This document shows positions 47,622 through 61,982 of a stretch of 64,000 nt of DNA, piece by piece (within the stretch, counting starts at the first letter, position 1; each line of letters begins with the position of its first letter). The notes under the pieces were generated by a model that was given only the letters and a program-made list of their open reading frames with translations, was not told the DNA's origin and did no database searches. Position numbers and translations under genes: made by a program. The stretch lies in the NCBI GenBank assembly GCA_965204755.1, contig OZ242011.1, forward strand, positions 1,760,001-1,824,000. The letters run 5' to 3'. This stretch comes from Candidatus Marinacidobacterium sp. Lineage in GTDB: Bacteria > Acidobacteriota > Vicinamibacteria > Marinacidobacterales > Marinacidobacteraceae.

Positions 47622-49745
47622 GTGAGTTCCTCGCCGGAGGCCGGAGGGGGGAACCGGCTGGGGCGGGAGACCAGCCCCTACCTCCGGCAGCACCGGGACA
47701 ACCCGGTCCACTGGCAGGGCTGGGGCCCGGAGGCCTTCGCCGAGGCCGGGCGCCGCGACTGCCCGGTGCTGCTCTCCGTCGGCTACTCCAGTTGCCACTG
47801 GTGCCATGTGATGGCGCGGGAGTCCTTCGCGGATCCCGCCATCGCCGAGCGGATGAACCGGCTCTTCGTGCCGGTCAAGGTGGACCGGGAGGAGCGCCCC
47901 GAGGTGGACGAGATCTACATGTCGTTCGTCCAGGGCGCCACCGGCGCCGGGGGCTGGCCGCTCACCGTCTTCGTCGCCCCGGACCGGACCCCGTTCTTCG
48001 GCGGGACCTACTTCCCGCCGGAGGACCGGTGGGGCCGGCCCGGCTTCGGCCGGGTGCTCGACGGGGTCGCCGAGGCCTGGGCCGACCGGTCGCAGCGCGC
48101 CCGCCTGCTCGCCGGCGGGCAGCGGCTGCTGGCCCGGCTCCGCGCCGCGGCGGCCCTTCCCGGACGAAGCGGCGCGGCCGGCGAACTCATCACTTCGGAG
48201 GCGCCGGCCGCGGGCGTCCGAAGCCTGCTCCGCGCCTACGACCCGAAGGACGGCGGCTTCGGGCCGGCGCCCAAGTTCCCGCCGAGCCGACAGGCGGTCC
48301 TGCTGCTCCGCTGGCATCTCGCGGAGGCGGGGAGTCCCGTCGGGGCGGAGGCGCTCGGCGCCGCGCGGCGCACCCTGGAGCGGATGGCGAACGGCGGGCT
48401 CCGGGACCAACTCGCCGGCGGATTCCACCGCTACTCCACGGACGCCGAGTGGCTCGTCCCCCACTTCGAGAAGATGCTCTACGACAACGCCCTGCTCGTC
48501 CCGGCGTACCTGGCGGCGCACCGCATCAGCGGGGATCCGGCGGAAGCGGAGGCGGCGCGCTCGACCCTGGACTGGATGAGCCGGGAACTCGGGAGCGCGG
48601 AGGGTGGCTTCCACTCGGCCCTCGACGCCGACTCCGAAGGCGAAGAGGGCCGCTTCTACGCCTGGACCCTGCCCGAGGTCGAGCGCGTCCTCGGCGGGGA
48701 GGCGCCGCTCTTCGCCGCGGCCTACGACCTGACCGCCGAGGGGAACTGGGAGGGGCGGACGGTCCTCCGCCGGGTCGCGGACGACCGGACACTCGCCGAG
48801 CGGTTCGGCGGGACTCCGGAGGAAGCGGGCGGCCGGCTCGCCCGGGCCCGGACCCGGCTGCTCGCCGCGCGGGAGGAGCGCGAGCGGCCCGGGCTCGACG
48901 ACAAGGCGCTCCTGTCCTGGAACGCGCTGGCGGTCAGCGCCTTCGCCGAGGCGGCGCGCACCCTCGACGACGAGGGTTTTCTCCACCGCGCAGAGCGGGC
49001 CGGTCGTTTCCTGCTGGCCGAGTTCCGCCGCCCGGACGGGAGGTGGCTCTCCGTCCGCTGCCGCGGGGAGACGAAACTCCCGGCGCTGCTCGACGACCAC
49101 GCCTTCCTGCTGGAGGCGCTCGTCCAACTCTTCGAGAGCGACGGCGACGAGACCTGGCTGGCGGAGGCGGAGCGGGTCGCCGACCTGCTCGACGAGCGCT
49201 TCGCCGCGCCCGGCGGCGGCTTCTACACCACCCCGGACGACCACGAACCCCTCCCGGCGCGCACGCGCAACGGCTTCGACGGGGCGCTCCCCGCCGGCAA
49301 CGCGGTCGCCGCCGGCGCGCTGCTGCGCCTCCACGCCCTCACCGGCGCTCCGGCGCGGCGGGAGGCGGCGCGCGGCGTGATCACCGCCTTCCTCCCCCAG
49401 GCCCGCGAGAGCCCGGCCGGCTTCGCCACCCTGCTGACCGCGACCCTGCAATACCTGGCCGAACCGCGCCAGGTCGTCGTCCTCGGCGAACGCGAAGCGC
49501 CGGAGACCCGCCGGGCGCTCGGCGTCCTGCGCCGGGCGGCCTTCCCGGACGGCTTCGTCCTCGCCGCCGACCCGCGGGACGCCGGGGAGTCCCGGCTGCC
49601 GGCGATCGCCGGGCTCCGCGCCGCGAAACCGGGCGGCGCGGCGGCGGGGAGCGGCGGCCCCGCCTTCCTCCCCTGCCGCGGCGGAACCTGCGGACTCCCG
49701 CTCGCCTCCCTCGAAGCGGCCCGCGACTACCTCACCGCCGAGTAA
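47622..49745 (+). CDS. Thioredoxin-domain protein (YyaL/DUF255)
   Basis: [37 protein letters not shown]. Confidence 0.92.
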   Translation: MSSSPEAGGGNRLGRETSPYLRQHRDNPVHWQGWGPEAFAEAGRRDCPVLLSVGYSSCHWCHVMARESFADPAIAERMNRLFVPVKVDREERPEVDEIYMSFVQGATGAGGWPLTVFVAPDRTPFFGGTYFPPEDRWGRPGFGRVLDGVAEAWADRSQRARLLAGGQRLLARLRAAAALPGRSGAAGELITSEAPAAGVRSLLRAYDPKDGGFGPAPKFPPSRQAVLLLRWHLAEAGSPVGAEALGAARRTLERMANGGLRDQLAGGFHRYSTDAEWLVPHFEKMLYDNALLVPAYLAAHRISGDPAEAEAARSTLDWMSRELGSAEGGFHSALDADSEGEEGRFYAWTLPEVERVLGGEAPLFAAAYDLTAEGNWEGRTVLRRVADDRTLAERFGGTPEEAGGRLARARTRLLAAREERERPGLDDKALLSWNALAVSAFAEAARTLDDEGFLHRAERAGRFLLAEFRRPDGRWLSVRCRGETKLPALLDDHAFLLEALVQLFESDGDETWLAEAERVADLLDERFAAPGGGFYTTPDDHEPLPARTRNGFDGALPAGNAVAAGALLRLHALTGAPARREAARGVITAFLPQARESPAGFATLLTATLQYLAEPRQVVVLGEREAPETRRALGVLRRAAFPDGFVLAADPRDAGESRLPAIAGLRAAKPGGAAAGSGGPAFLPCRGGTCGLPLASLEAARDYLTAE

Positions 49746-49894
49746 GCCCGGAACGCGCTCCGCCGCCGGAGCGCGTCCCCCGCGTTCGCCGCCGAGGGAA
49801 TTCCTCGCCGCGCCGAGCGCGTTTGTAGTGTGCCTACGAAACCAACTTCCCGACAGTCAACCACTTACGAGGCCAAACCGTCGAAGTCGCCGAC

Positions 49895-50368
49895 TCAGTT
49901 CCTGATTCTCACGAGGACATTCCCCGCGATCACGGTCTCCCCGCTGCGCTGCAGGCGGAGCCAGACGCGGTAGGTCCCCGGCAGGCTGAACCGGTGGCTG
50001 GCGAAGAAGTAGGTCTCGACCTCGGCCCCCGGCTCGTAGGGGTCGCAGTCCGGCTCGTACACCGACTCGGTGTCGTCGTCCCAGTCCCAGACCTCTTCCA
50101 GGCAGTAGTAGTCCTCCGGGTTCTCGGCGGTCTCGAGTTCCTCGAGCCGGGCGGAGACCCGGACCTCTAGCGACGGCCGGCGGCTCTCGCCCGGCATCCG
50201 CGGGCGCAGCATGAGCACGCGGGGCCCCCGCAGCGTCAACTTGGGCTCCGAAACCGCGGGAGCGCCCGGCGCCGGCTTCGATGCCGCCGCAAGCCCGAAG
50301 ACGGACACCAGGATCGCGCCGGCGGCGGCCGCCGCGGGAAACGCGCCGCGGAACGACCGCCGCGTCAC
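49895..50368 (-). CDS. Secreted hypothetical protein (PKD-like beta fold, Cys pair)
   Basis: Signal peptide; YCLEEVWDWDDD...DCDPY, H.F..PGTY.V.L; GTGA overlap with atpC. Confidence 0.7.
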   Translation of the reverse strand: MTRRSFRGAFPAAAAAGAILVSVFGLAAASKPAPGAPAVSEPKLTLRGPRVLMLRPRMPGESRRPSLEVRVSARLEELETAENPEDYYCLEEVWDWDDDTESVYEPDCDPYEPGAEVETYFFASHRFSLPGTYRVWLRLQRSGETVIAGNVLVRIRN

Positions 50369-50844
50369 GGCGCGCCTCCCCCCGACGGACTGGAAGCCTC
50401 TTCTTCGTCCTCTTCTTCGGCGCCGGCCTTCGCCTCCTCGGCGGCGGCGACGATCCGCGCCTCGGCCCGGGCGATCGCCTCCTGGCCCCGGTCCACATCG
50501 TAGGCCGCCCCGAACTCTTCCTGGCGCTCCCTCGCCCGCCGGATCGCCCCGGCGGCGCGGGTCAGATCGATGTCTTCCGGCTTCTCGGCGGTTTCGGCGA
50601 GCACGATCACCTGATCGTCGCACACTTCGAGGAACCCCCAGTTGACCGCCAGGAAGTGCTCGTGCGACTCCCGCAGGTAACGCAGCCGCCCGGCGCGGAT
50701 CTGGCTCAGGAACGGCGCGTGCCCCGGCAGCACGCCGAAGTAGCCGAGGGCGCCCGGCGCTTCCACATAGTCCACTTCGTCCCGGAAGGCGACGCCCCCC
50801 GGGGTGATCACCTCCAGATGGAGGCGGCCCTTCGCCGCGCTCAC
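50365..50844 (-). CDS. atpC: ATP synthase F1 epsilon
   Basis: LEVITP, GVLPGHAP, GFLEV. Confidence 0.93.
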   Translation of the reverse strand: MSAAKGRLHLEVITPGGVAFRDEVDYVEAPGALGYFGVLPGHAPFLSQIRAGRLRYLRESHEHFLAVNWGFLEVCDDQVIVLAETAEKPEDIDLTRAAGAIRRARERQEEFGAAYDVDRGQEAIARAEARIVAAAEEAKAGAEEEDEEEASSPSGGGAP

Positions 50845-50867
50845 GGAGTCCGCCGCCGACCCGCCGG

Positions 50868-54857
<3,990 letters not shown>

Positions 54858-54900
54858 GGGCTCCTCGTGAGCGTCAGCGAGAAAAGGATCATCTCTGCTG

Positions 54901-54913
54901 TAAGTCGTTGATA
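54901..54913 (-). promoter_or_regulatory. IHF-consensus-like site
   Basis: TATCAACGACTTA matches WATCAANNNNTTR exactly, in the atpH-atpA spacer. Confidence 0.45.
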
Positions 54914-54937
54914 AGGAACGGGTTCCGCCGATCCACC

Positions 54938-55489
54938 CTACGCCGATCCCTCACCGTGGGCGGCGGCGAAACGGGCGAGTTCGCCGGCGAGGCTGGCGTC
55001 GTAGATCCGGTTGCCGGTGCGCACCACCACCCCGCCCAGCAGCGCCGGGTCCACCCGGAAGTCCAGGCGCGGCGTCCCGCCGAGCGCCTCGGCTAGCGCG
55101 TCGCGGATGTCGTCGCGGGCCGCCGAGTCGAGTTCGGCCGCCGAAGTCACTTCCGCCGGGACGATGCCTTCGCGCTCGTCGAGCGCCGCCCGGAACTCCG
55201 CGGCGGCCTCCAACAGCGAGTCCGCCCGGTCGCGGGCGGTCATGAGCGAGACGAACCGGGAGAGCAGGGGATCCTCCGGGGCGATCCGCCCGGCCACGGA
55301 CTCCGCGAGGCGGGCGCGGGCCGCCCGGGGGGTGGCCGGCGAAGCGAGAGCGCTCCGGAGTTCCTCCGACTCGCCGCAGGCGGCGGCGAACCCGTCGAGG
55401 CGCTCCGCGAGCCGGCGGAGGTCGGCTCCGGTCTCGGCGGCGGCCTCCAACAGCGCGTCGGCGTAACGCCGGGCGACTTCGCGGGACAT
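54938..55489 (-). CDS. atpH: ATP synthase delta
   Basis: [27 protein letters not shown]. Confidence 0.92.
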   Translation of the reverse strand: MSREVARRYADALLEAAAETGADLRRLAERLDGFAAACGESEELRSALASPATPRAARARLAESVAGRIAPEDPLLSRFVSLMTARDRADSLLEAAAEFRAALDEREGIVPAEVTSAAELDSAARDDIRDALAEALGGTPRLDFRVDPALLGGVVVRTGNRIYDASLAGELARFAAAHGEGSA

Positions 55490-55531
55490 CGAGCGGGAGC
55501 GGCCGGAGAGGAGAGTCGGAGGAGGCTCGCC

Positions 55532-56110
55532 TTATCGGGAGCGGATGGCCCTCACCCCGGCGGCGGCCAGGCGGCGGTGGTCCTCCGCGGAGACGCCCTC
55601 GCGCAGCCGGGCGGCGGCCGCTTCCGCCACCGCCCGCGTGGCGCGCGCGGCCAGCCGCCGCTCGGCGGAGCGGACTTCGGCGGCCACCTGCTCTTCCGCG
55701 GAGGCGGTGACGCGCGCCGCCTGCTCCTCCGCGGCGGCCACGATCCGGCGGCCCTCGACGCGGGCCGTCTCCAGAATGCGCGTCCGCGCCGCCGAGACTT
55801 CTTCCTCCACGGAAGCGGTGACGCGCTCGGCGCGCTCGGCGGCGGCTTCCGCCCGGCGGCGGTTCTCCCGGGCGGCGGCCAGCCGCTCCCGGATCTGCTC
55901 GGCCCGGGCGTTCAGGTAGCCGCCGAGCGGCTTCCGGAGCGCCCAGGCCAGGATCGCCGCCAGGATCGAGAAGTTGATGACCCGGCCGAGATCGAAGCCG
56001 ATGACGCCGCCTTCGGCTTCCGCCGCGGCCGCGGGCGCGGCGGCGAGCAGCGCCGACCCGAGCGCGCCGAAGAAAGCGCCGCGGCTCGAAGAGGAGGGGA
56101 GAGCGGTCAC
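55532..56110 (-). CDS. atpF: ATP synthase F0 subunit b
   Basis: INFSILAAIL...KPL then coiled coil; position before atpH. Confidence 0.85.
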   Translation of the reverse strand: MTALPSSSSRGAFFGALGSALLAAAPAAAAEAEGGVIGFDLGRVINFSILAAILAWALRKPLGGYLNARAEQIRERLAAARENRRRAEAAAERAERVTASVEEEVSAARTRILETARVEGRRIVAAAEEQAARVTASAEEQVAAEVRSAERRLAARATRAVAEAAAARLREGVSAEDHRRLAAAGVRAIRSR

Positions 56111-56535
56111 GAAGCGCGGCGCAGGAGACGGGCGGCAAGGGACTCCGCGAGCCCCCCGGCGGCGCGGTCGAGTTCCCGTTCGGCGGCGGCGGTCTGTTCC
56201 GCCAGGGCCGCCGCCCCTTCGGCGACTCGCTGCCGGGCGCGGTCGCGGGCTTCGGCCAGCAGGCGGTCGGCGTTCTCGCCCGCCTCGTTCCGAATCCGGT
56301 CCATCTCGGCGTAGCCCGCCTGCCGCGCCTCCGAGAGCGCCTTCGACAGGGCGCCCTCCGCCGCCGTGAGCCGCCCTTCCTCCTTCCGCCGCTCCGAGGC
56401 GCTTTTCTGGTAGCGGCCCTCCCGCTCCTCGACCACCCGCGCCAGCGGCTCGAAGAACCAGTTCTTGAGCGCCACCGCGAGGAAGACCACGATCGCCGAG
56501 ACGATCAGGGCGGTGAGGTCGGGAAAAATCGTCAC
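56107..56535 (-). CDS. ATP synthase F0 subunit b'
   Basis: N-terminal TM, FFEPL..VVEER, coiled coil. Confidence 0.85.
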   Translation of the reverse strand: MTIFPDLTALIVSAIVVFLAVALKNWFFEPLARVVEEREGRYQKSASERRKEEGRLTAAEGALSKALSEARQAGYAEMDRIRNEAGENADRLLAEARDRARQRVAEGAAALAEQTAAAERELDRAAGGLAESLAARLLRRAS

Positions 56536-56815
56536 GAAACGGACCGGGGAAAGTGCGGCTCGCCGACCCTCGGCCGGGGAACCGAGCGGAGGGGCGGCCG
56601 CAGGAACGACTCACGACTCGCGGCCCGGAAGTCCAGGGCCGGAAGCCGGGGAAAAGGGGTTCGCCGCGTCTCGCGCCCCCTCGGGGAGAGCGCGCCGACG
56701 GGCGCGAGGGACAGCCGAATGCGCCGCTGCGGAAGGGCCGGAAGGCTATCACCGACCGCCGACCCCTCCAAGACTCCCGGGCGGCCGTTTCGGCGGGCCG
56801 GAAACGGCCCTCGAG

Positions 56816-57361
56816 TCAGCCGGCCTTCGCGTTCCCGGCGGAGGTCTTCCCGACGGAGTTCTTCCCGGTCGGCGCGGCGCCCGCCGCGGGACGGCCGGCG
56901 GCCGGGCCCTGCCCGCCGCTCGAACCGCGCGCGGCGCCGCCGTTCCCGCCCGTCTTCCGGCCGGCGTCCTTCCGCGGCCGGCGCTTGTGGCCGTGGCGGA
57001 TCTCGAACCGCGCGCCGTCGGCGTCGCTGTCGGCGGCGAGCACCAGCCGGGCGGCGCGGACCGAGACGCCGGCGATGACGCCTCCCCCCTGGACTTCCAC
57101 GCGTTCGGCGTCGATCTCGCCGACGACCCGCCCCCCGGACTCGACCACCACTTCCCGGGCGGAGATGTTCCCCTCGAACACGCCCTTCGCGCCCACGGAC
57201 ACCAGGTCCGCCGACTCGATCTCCCCGTGGAAGCCCCCGTTCACATTGAACGGGCCCGGGGCGTTCAGGCTGCCGGTGAACTGGGAACCGGCGCCCACGA
57301 ACCCGCTGTGGGCCCCCGACTTCCCGGCGTCCCGTCCGTCGTCTCGCGTGTCTTCGTTCAT
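56816..57361 (-). CDS. Bactofilin (polymer-forming cytoskeletal protein)
   Basis: VGAGSQFTGSL, VNGGFHGEI, VGAKGVFEGNISA beta-helix repeats; located after parB. Confidence 0.85.
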   Translation of the reverse strand: MNEDTRDDGRDAGKSGAHSGFVGAGSQFTGSLNAPGPFNVNGGFHGEIESADLVSVGAKGVFEGNISAREVVVESGGRVVGEIDAERVEVQGGGVIAGVSVRAARLVLAADSDADGARFEIRHGHKRRPRKDAGRKTGGNGGAARGSSGGQGPAAGRPAAGAAPTGKNSVGKTSAGNAKAG

Positions 57362-57396
57362 GGATCTTCCTCCCGGCTTGGGGAATTCTCGGTGGC

Positions 57397-58266
57397 TCAG
57401 GATTCCGAGTCGGCGGACTCGCGCGCCGACGAGGTGAGCAGCAGGAATACTCGCTGCAAGTCGTTTTCGGAGAAGAACCGCACGCGCACTTCGCCGCCCT
57501 TGCCCCGCCGGCGGATCTCCACCGGCAGACCGGCGGACTGCTCCATCCGGTCCCGGGCGTGGCGGGTGTTCGCGTCCAGCCCCTTCGCGGCGGACTCGCG
57601 CGGCTTGCCCTCCCTGGCGCGGAGCGCGGAGCGCACCCGCCGCTCCACCTCCCGCACCGACAGGTCGCGCGAGACCGCCTCCTCCGCCAGCCGCCGCTGT
57701 TCGTCGGCCGGCAGCGGCGCCAGGGCGCGGCCGGCGGCGGCGCGCAGCCGGCCGTTCTCGATCTGCTTGCGCACCTCGGGAGTCAGGCCGAGCAGACGCA
57801 GCGCGTTGGTGACCGCCGCCCGGCTCCGGCCCACTTCCCGGGCGATGGCCTCGTGGGTGAGACCGGCGTCCCCGGCGAGCCGGCGGAACGCGGCCGCCTC
57901 CTCGATCGGGTTCAGGTCCTGCCGCTGCAGGTTCTCCACCAGGGCCAGGAGCGCCAGGTCGCCGTCGGACACCTCGCGGACGACGACCGGGACGGTCTCC
58001 AGCCCGGCCTTGCGGGCGGCCCGCCACCGCCGCTCCCCGGCGACGATCTCCAGCCGACCCTCGCGCCGGCGGACCAGCACCGGCTCGAGCACGCCCTGCG
58101 CGGCGATGGAGGCCGCCAGCCCCTCGATGTCCGCGCTCTCCGGGGCCGCTCGAGGCTGGTTCGGGTTCGGGGAGAGTTCGTCGATCGGCGCCTCCCGGTA
58201 GCCCGAGTCCGGGGCGGCCGCCGGAAGGAAGGCGTCGAGCCCGCGCCCCAGGCCGCGGCGCTTCAT
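57397..58266 (-). CDS. parB: Chromosome partition protein ParB
   Basis: KRRGLGRGL, NPNQPR, AGERRWRAA, ENLQRQDL, HTH SRAAVTNALRLL. Confidence 0.95.
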   Translation of the reverse strand: MKRRGLGRGLDAFLPAAAPDSGYREAPIDELSPNPNQPRAAPESADIEGLAASIAAQGVLEPVLVRRREGRLEIVAGERRWRAARKAGLETVPVVVREVSDGDLALLALVENLQRQDLNPIEEAAAFRRLAGDAGLTHEAIAREVGRSRAAVTNALRLLGLTPEVRKQIENGRLRAAAGRALAPLPADEQRRLAEEAVSRDLSVREVERRVRSALRAREGKPRESAAKGLDANTRHARDRMEQSAGLPVEIRRRGKGGEVRVRFFSENDLQRVFLLLTSSARESADSES

Positions 58267-59048
58267 CCCGCTCGACGCGCCAGCACTTCGCCGGCCAGCG
58301 CCGAGTACGCCGCCGCGCCCGAAGAGGACGGGGCGTGGCGCCCGACCGGCACGCCGAAGGAGGGCGACTCGGCGAGCCGGACCGACCGGGGCACCTCCGA
58401 GCGGAACACGCGGTCCCCGAGCCGGTTGCGCACTTCCTCGATCACCTGGTTCGTCAGGTTCGTCCGCCGGTCCACCATGGTGAACAGGACTCCGCAGAGT
58501 TCGAGTCGCGGATTCCAACTCCCGGCGATGCGGTCCATGGTGGTGAGCAGCCGCGAGAGCCCCTGCATGGAGAAGAACTCGCACTGCATCGGCACGATCA
58601 CCGCGTCCGCCGCCACCAGCGCGTTCACGGTGAGCAGGCCCAGCGACGGCGGGCAGTCCAGCAGGATGTACTCGACCCGCGGGTCGAATTCCGCATAGTC
58701 CCGGAGGCAGGCGCGCAGCCGGGCGGCGCGCCGGGCCAGGTCGGGCTCGTCGGCGGAGAGTTCGAGGTCGGCGCCGGCCAGGGAAGGATCGGCGGGGCAG
58801 GCGGCCAGGTCCGGGGTGGCGGTCTCGCGGACGATGTTGCGCAGCGGCTCGCCGTCCACGACCGCGTCATAGACGCTGAGATGGTTTTCGTCGAATTTCA
58901 GATCGAGGCTCGTCGTCAGGTTGCCCTGCGGATCGAGGTCCACCACCAGCGAGCGGTGTCCCCGCTCCGCGAGCGACGCCCCGAGATTGACGGTGGTGGT
59001 CGTCTTCCCCACCCCGCCCTTCTGGTTGGCGATCGCCAAGGTCTTCAT
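58263..59048 (-). CDS. parA: Chromosome partition ATPase ParA/Soj
   Basis: NQKGGVGKTTT, DLDPQGN, DCPPSLG. Confidence 0.96.
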   Translation of the reverse strand: MKTLAIANQKGGVGKTTTTVNLGASLAERGHRSLVVDLDPQGNLTTSLDLKFDENHLSVYDAVVDGEPLRNIVRETATPDLAACPADPSLAGADLELSADEPDLARRAARLRACLRDYAEFDPRVEYILLDCPPSLGLLTVNALVAADAVIVPMQCEFFSMQGLSRLLTTMDRIAGSWNPRLELCGVLFTMVDRRTNLTNQVIEEVRNRLGDRVFRSEVPRSVRLAESPSFGVPVGRHAPSSSGAAAYSALAGEVLARRAG

Positions 59049-59115
59049 CCGCCGCCCGGAGAAAGGTTACCGCCGATCCGCCGCGGTCGGCGGCCGCCGT
59101 CGGGCCGCAGGGCGA

Positions 59116-59131
59116 TGTTTCACGCGAAACA
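59116..59131. promoter_or_regulatory. parS site (one mismatch)
   Basis: TGTTTCACGCGAAACA vs consensus TGTTTCACGTGAAACA, just upstream of parA. Confidence 0.85.
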
Positions 59132-59139
59132 TCGGCGGC

Positions 59140-59850
59140 CTACCCACCGGACGGGCCTCTTCGGGTCCGCCCCGACCAGACGATGCCGTGGTCGGTCGCC
59201 CGCTCGGTCTCCTCGAACAGGCCGTCGGGGAGGTCGGAACGCCCGCGCGCCGCCCGGCTCGTCGGCCAGACCACCACCGCGGTCGGCGACAGGCAGCGGG
59301 CGAGGCCGCGCCACTCCGCCTCGTTCAGCCGCACCGCCCGCAGCGTCACCGCGGAGACGGCGCCGAGCACCGACGGCGCTTCGTCCTGCTTCAAGTACTC
59401 CTCGAACCGGCCGCGATGGATTCGGACCCGCGAGGCCAGCCCCATGGTCTCGACCGCTTCCCGCAGGAACTCGCACGGCATCCGGCGCGCCTCCACCAGC
59501 ACCCAGTCCCCGGTCTCCACCGCCGCGGCGAGCGGCAACGCCGGCGTCCCGCCCCCGCTGCCGAGGTCGAGGTAGGGCCCGGCCGCCGGCAGGACGGCCC
59601 TCAAGTCCAACGCCTCCCGGAAGAACCGCTCCGCCAGCGCCTCCGGCGACCGAAACCCCGTGACGCCCAAGTGCGCCCTCGCCCGGAGCAGCCGGAACAA
59701 CCGGTCGAGCCGACCCTGCGCGGCCGGACCGAGCGGTGGATCGAGCCCCTCGAGGGCCGCCGCCAGCGCCTCCGAAACCGACTCGCCCGAAGGGAGCGGC
59801 TCCTCCGCCCCGGCCGCCCGGCCGGTCGGAGACCCGTCCTCCGGGTTCAG
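59140..59850 (-). CDS. rsmG: 16S rRNA m7G527 methyltransferase RsmG; start uncertain (CTG?)
   Basis: LDLGSGGGTPALPLA, LVE, LRAV; synteny before parA. Confidence 0.8.
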   Translation of the reverse strand: MNPEDGSPTGRAAGAEEPLPSGESVSEALAAALEGLDPPLGPAAQGRLDRLFRLLRARAHLGVTGFRSPEALAERFFREALDLRAVLPAAGPYLDLGSGGGTPALPLAAAVETGDWVLVEARRMPCEFLREAVETMGLASRVRIHRGRFEEYLKQDEAPSVLGAVSAVTLRAVRLNEAEWRGLARCLSPTAVVVWPTSRAARGRSDLPDGLFEETERATDHGIVWSGRTRRGPSGG

Positions 59851-61658
59851 CGGGCGGAGGGGCCGCCGGACGAAGCCGCCCGGAGCCGCGCCGGCTTGCC
59901 CGGCTTCCCGGCCCGCTTGTTCTTCTTCTCCGCCTCCGCCGCGGCCTCCTCGCGCCGGTTCAGGATCCGGGTGGTGATCGCCTGCTGCCCCATGGACAAC
60001 AGGTTGTTCGAGAACCAGTAGAGGACCAGCCCGGCCGGCGCCCACGCCAGGATCAGCGTGAAGACCACCGGCATCAGCATCATGATCTTGGCTTGGATGC
60101 CCTCCGCCTGGGTCGCGGACATCTTCTGCATCACCAACTGGCTGACGCCCATCAGGATCGGCAGGATGAAGTAGGGGTCCTCCCGCGAGAGGTCCTGGAC
60201 CCAGCCCAGGAACGGCGCGTGGCGGAGTTCGACGGAGACCACCAGCAGCCGGTAGAAGGCGAAGAAGAACGGGATCATCAACACCATCGGCAGGCAGCCG
60301 CCGATCGGGGAGACCCCGTGCTCCTTGTAGAGCCCGGCCATCTCGGCGTTCATCTCCCGCCGCTTGGGGTCGGTCGGCTTGTAGCCCCGGTACTTCTCCT
60401 GGATGCGCTTGACCTGCGGGCTGATCTTCTGCATCCCCCGGATGGAGACATAGGAGTAGTGCTTCAGCGGCGCGAGCAGGATGGAGATGACGATGGTGAC
60501 CAGGACGATCGCCCAGCCGTAGTTGCCGAGGACGCCGTAGGCCCACAGCAGCGCCCCCCGGAGGGGCACGACCAGGAACCGCAGGTAGGAGCCGAACTCC
60601 ACGATGTCCACGCCGAGGTCCGCCAGCACTTCCACCTGCTTCGGCCCGGCGAAGAGCGACAGCGAGGCCGGCCCGCCGGTGGCGAGCCGCGCGGTGATCA
60701 CCTGCCGGTTCCCCGCCGCGTCCTCCGGCGGCGTCGCGAAGCGGTCCCAGGGGATCTCCGCCGCCTCCAACCGGCCCTGGTAGCGCTGCCCCGGTTCCGC
60801 CACCAGCAGGCCGGCGAAGTAGTGGGAACTCACGCCCACCGCCTGCGCCTGGAGGCTGCTCGCTTCCCCGGCGGCCGCTTCCTGCCAGGAGAACAGTTCG
60901 CTCTGCCCGGCGCTCTTCAACACACCCTGGTCGGCGACGATGTAGGTGCCGGTGGCGGTCTCGTCGCCGATCCCGGGGCCGAAGAGGATCTCCTTCGCCT
61001 GCTCCGCGCCGCCGCGCGTGACGGAGACCGAAACCCCGAGCCGGTACTCCCCGCCGTGGACGCGGATCGTCTTCCGCGCTTCGAGCCCGTCGGCGGCGGC
61101 GTAGAGCAGGGTGATTTCGCGCGACTCCCCGGCCCGGGCCTCCACCGAGACCGGCCCGCTCCTCGACTGCCCGTCCACTTCGACTTCGAAGAGCACCGCG
61201 GTCAGCCGCTCCGGGGCCCTTTCGCCCGGGAGGGTCACATCGAGCGGCCGGACCGCCTGCACCGAGTCGTCCCCCTGCGGCAGCATCCGGTAGGGGTTCC
61301 CCAGGGAGTCGGTGTGCTCCAGCAGTTCGAGCGAGAGGAGCCTCCCGCCCCGATTCGTGATCTCGGCCCGGTAGAGATCGGTGTGGACGGCGATCCGCTG
61401 CTCCCGCTCCGCCTCCCGGACCGGCGCCGCCAGCGGGGAGTCCGGGTCCCCGGCGGCGGGGTCTCCCGCGGAGGGGGACTCGGCCGGAGGGGGAGCGGCG
61501 GCGCCCGGCGTAAACGGGCCGGGCGCCGGCGCGATCGGCGCGGACTCCGAAGCCACCGGGCCCGGCGGCGGGGGCTGCTCTTCCGGCCCGAAGAACCGGA
61601 CGAACAGCAGGAAGACGAGGAACGACAGCAGGAACGCCAGCAGGACCCGCCGTTCCAC
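59847..61658 (-). CDS. yidC: Membrane protein insertase YidC
   Basis: NYGWAIVLVT, GGCLP, ELRHAPF.GW..DLS..DP, AGLVLYW. Confidence 0.96.
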   Translation of the reverse strand: MERRVLLAFLLSFLVFLLFVRFFGPEEQPPPPGPVASESAPIAPAPGPFTPGAAAPPPAESPSAGDPAAGDPDSPLAAPVREAEREQRIAVHTDLYRAEITNRGGRLLSLELLEHTDSLGNPYRMLPQGDDSVQAVRPLDVTLPGERAPERLTAVLFEVEVDGQSRSGPVSVEARAGESREITLLYAAADGLEARKTIRVHGGEYRLGVSVSVTRGGAEQAKEILFGPGIGDETATGTYIVADQGVLKSAGQSELFSWQEAAAGEASSLQAQAVGVSSHYFAGLLVAEPGQRYQGRLEAAEIPWDRFATPPEDAAGNRQVITARLATGGPASLSLFAGPKQVEVLADLGVDIVEFGSYLRFLVVPLRGALLWAYGVLGNYGWAIVLVTIVISILLAPLKHYSYVSIRGMQKISPQVKRIQEKYRGYKPTDPKRREMNAEMAGLYKEHGVSPIGGCLPMVLMIPFFFAFYRLLVVSVELRHAPFLGWVQDLSREDPYFILPILMGVSQLVMQKMSATQAEGIQAKIMMLMPVVFTLILAWAPAGLVLYWFSNNLLSMGQQAITTRILNRREEAAAEAEKKNKRAGKPGKPARLRAASSGGPSAR

Positions 61659-61673
61659 GACCGACCTCCCCGA

Positions 61674-61982
61674 CTAGCGCCGCGCCGCGGCGACCGCGGG
61701 CGCCGCCGGATCGCCGACGGTCTCCGGAACCGGGTCGTACCCGGAACCCCCGAACGGCCGGCACCGGGCGAGCCGCCGCGCGCCCAGCCACACCCCCCGT
61801 CCGGGCCCGTGCCGCCGGATCGCCTCCGCCGCGTACCGGGAGCACGAGGGCGTGAACCGGCAGGCGCCGGAGAACAGAAGCGGCCCCAAGGTCACCTGGT
61901 AGATCCGGATGAGGCCGAGGAGCGCCCCGGCGGCGAGCGCCGGCGGCGACAGACGAGTCCTCACGAGTTGGCTCGCCTTCAC
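61674..61982 (-). CDS. yidD: Membrane protein insertion efficiency factor YidD
   Basis: [26 protein letters not shown]. Confidence 0.92.
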   Translation of the reverse strand: MKASQLVRTRLSPPALAAGALLGLIRIYQVTLGPLLFSGACRFTPSCSRYAAEAIRRHGPGRGVWLGARRLARCRPFGGSGYDPVPETVGDPAAPAVAAARR

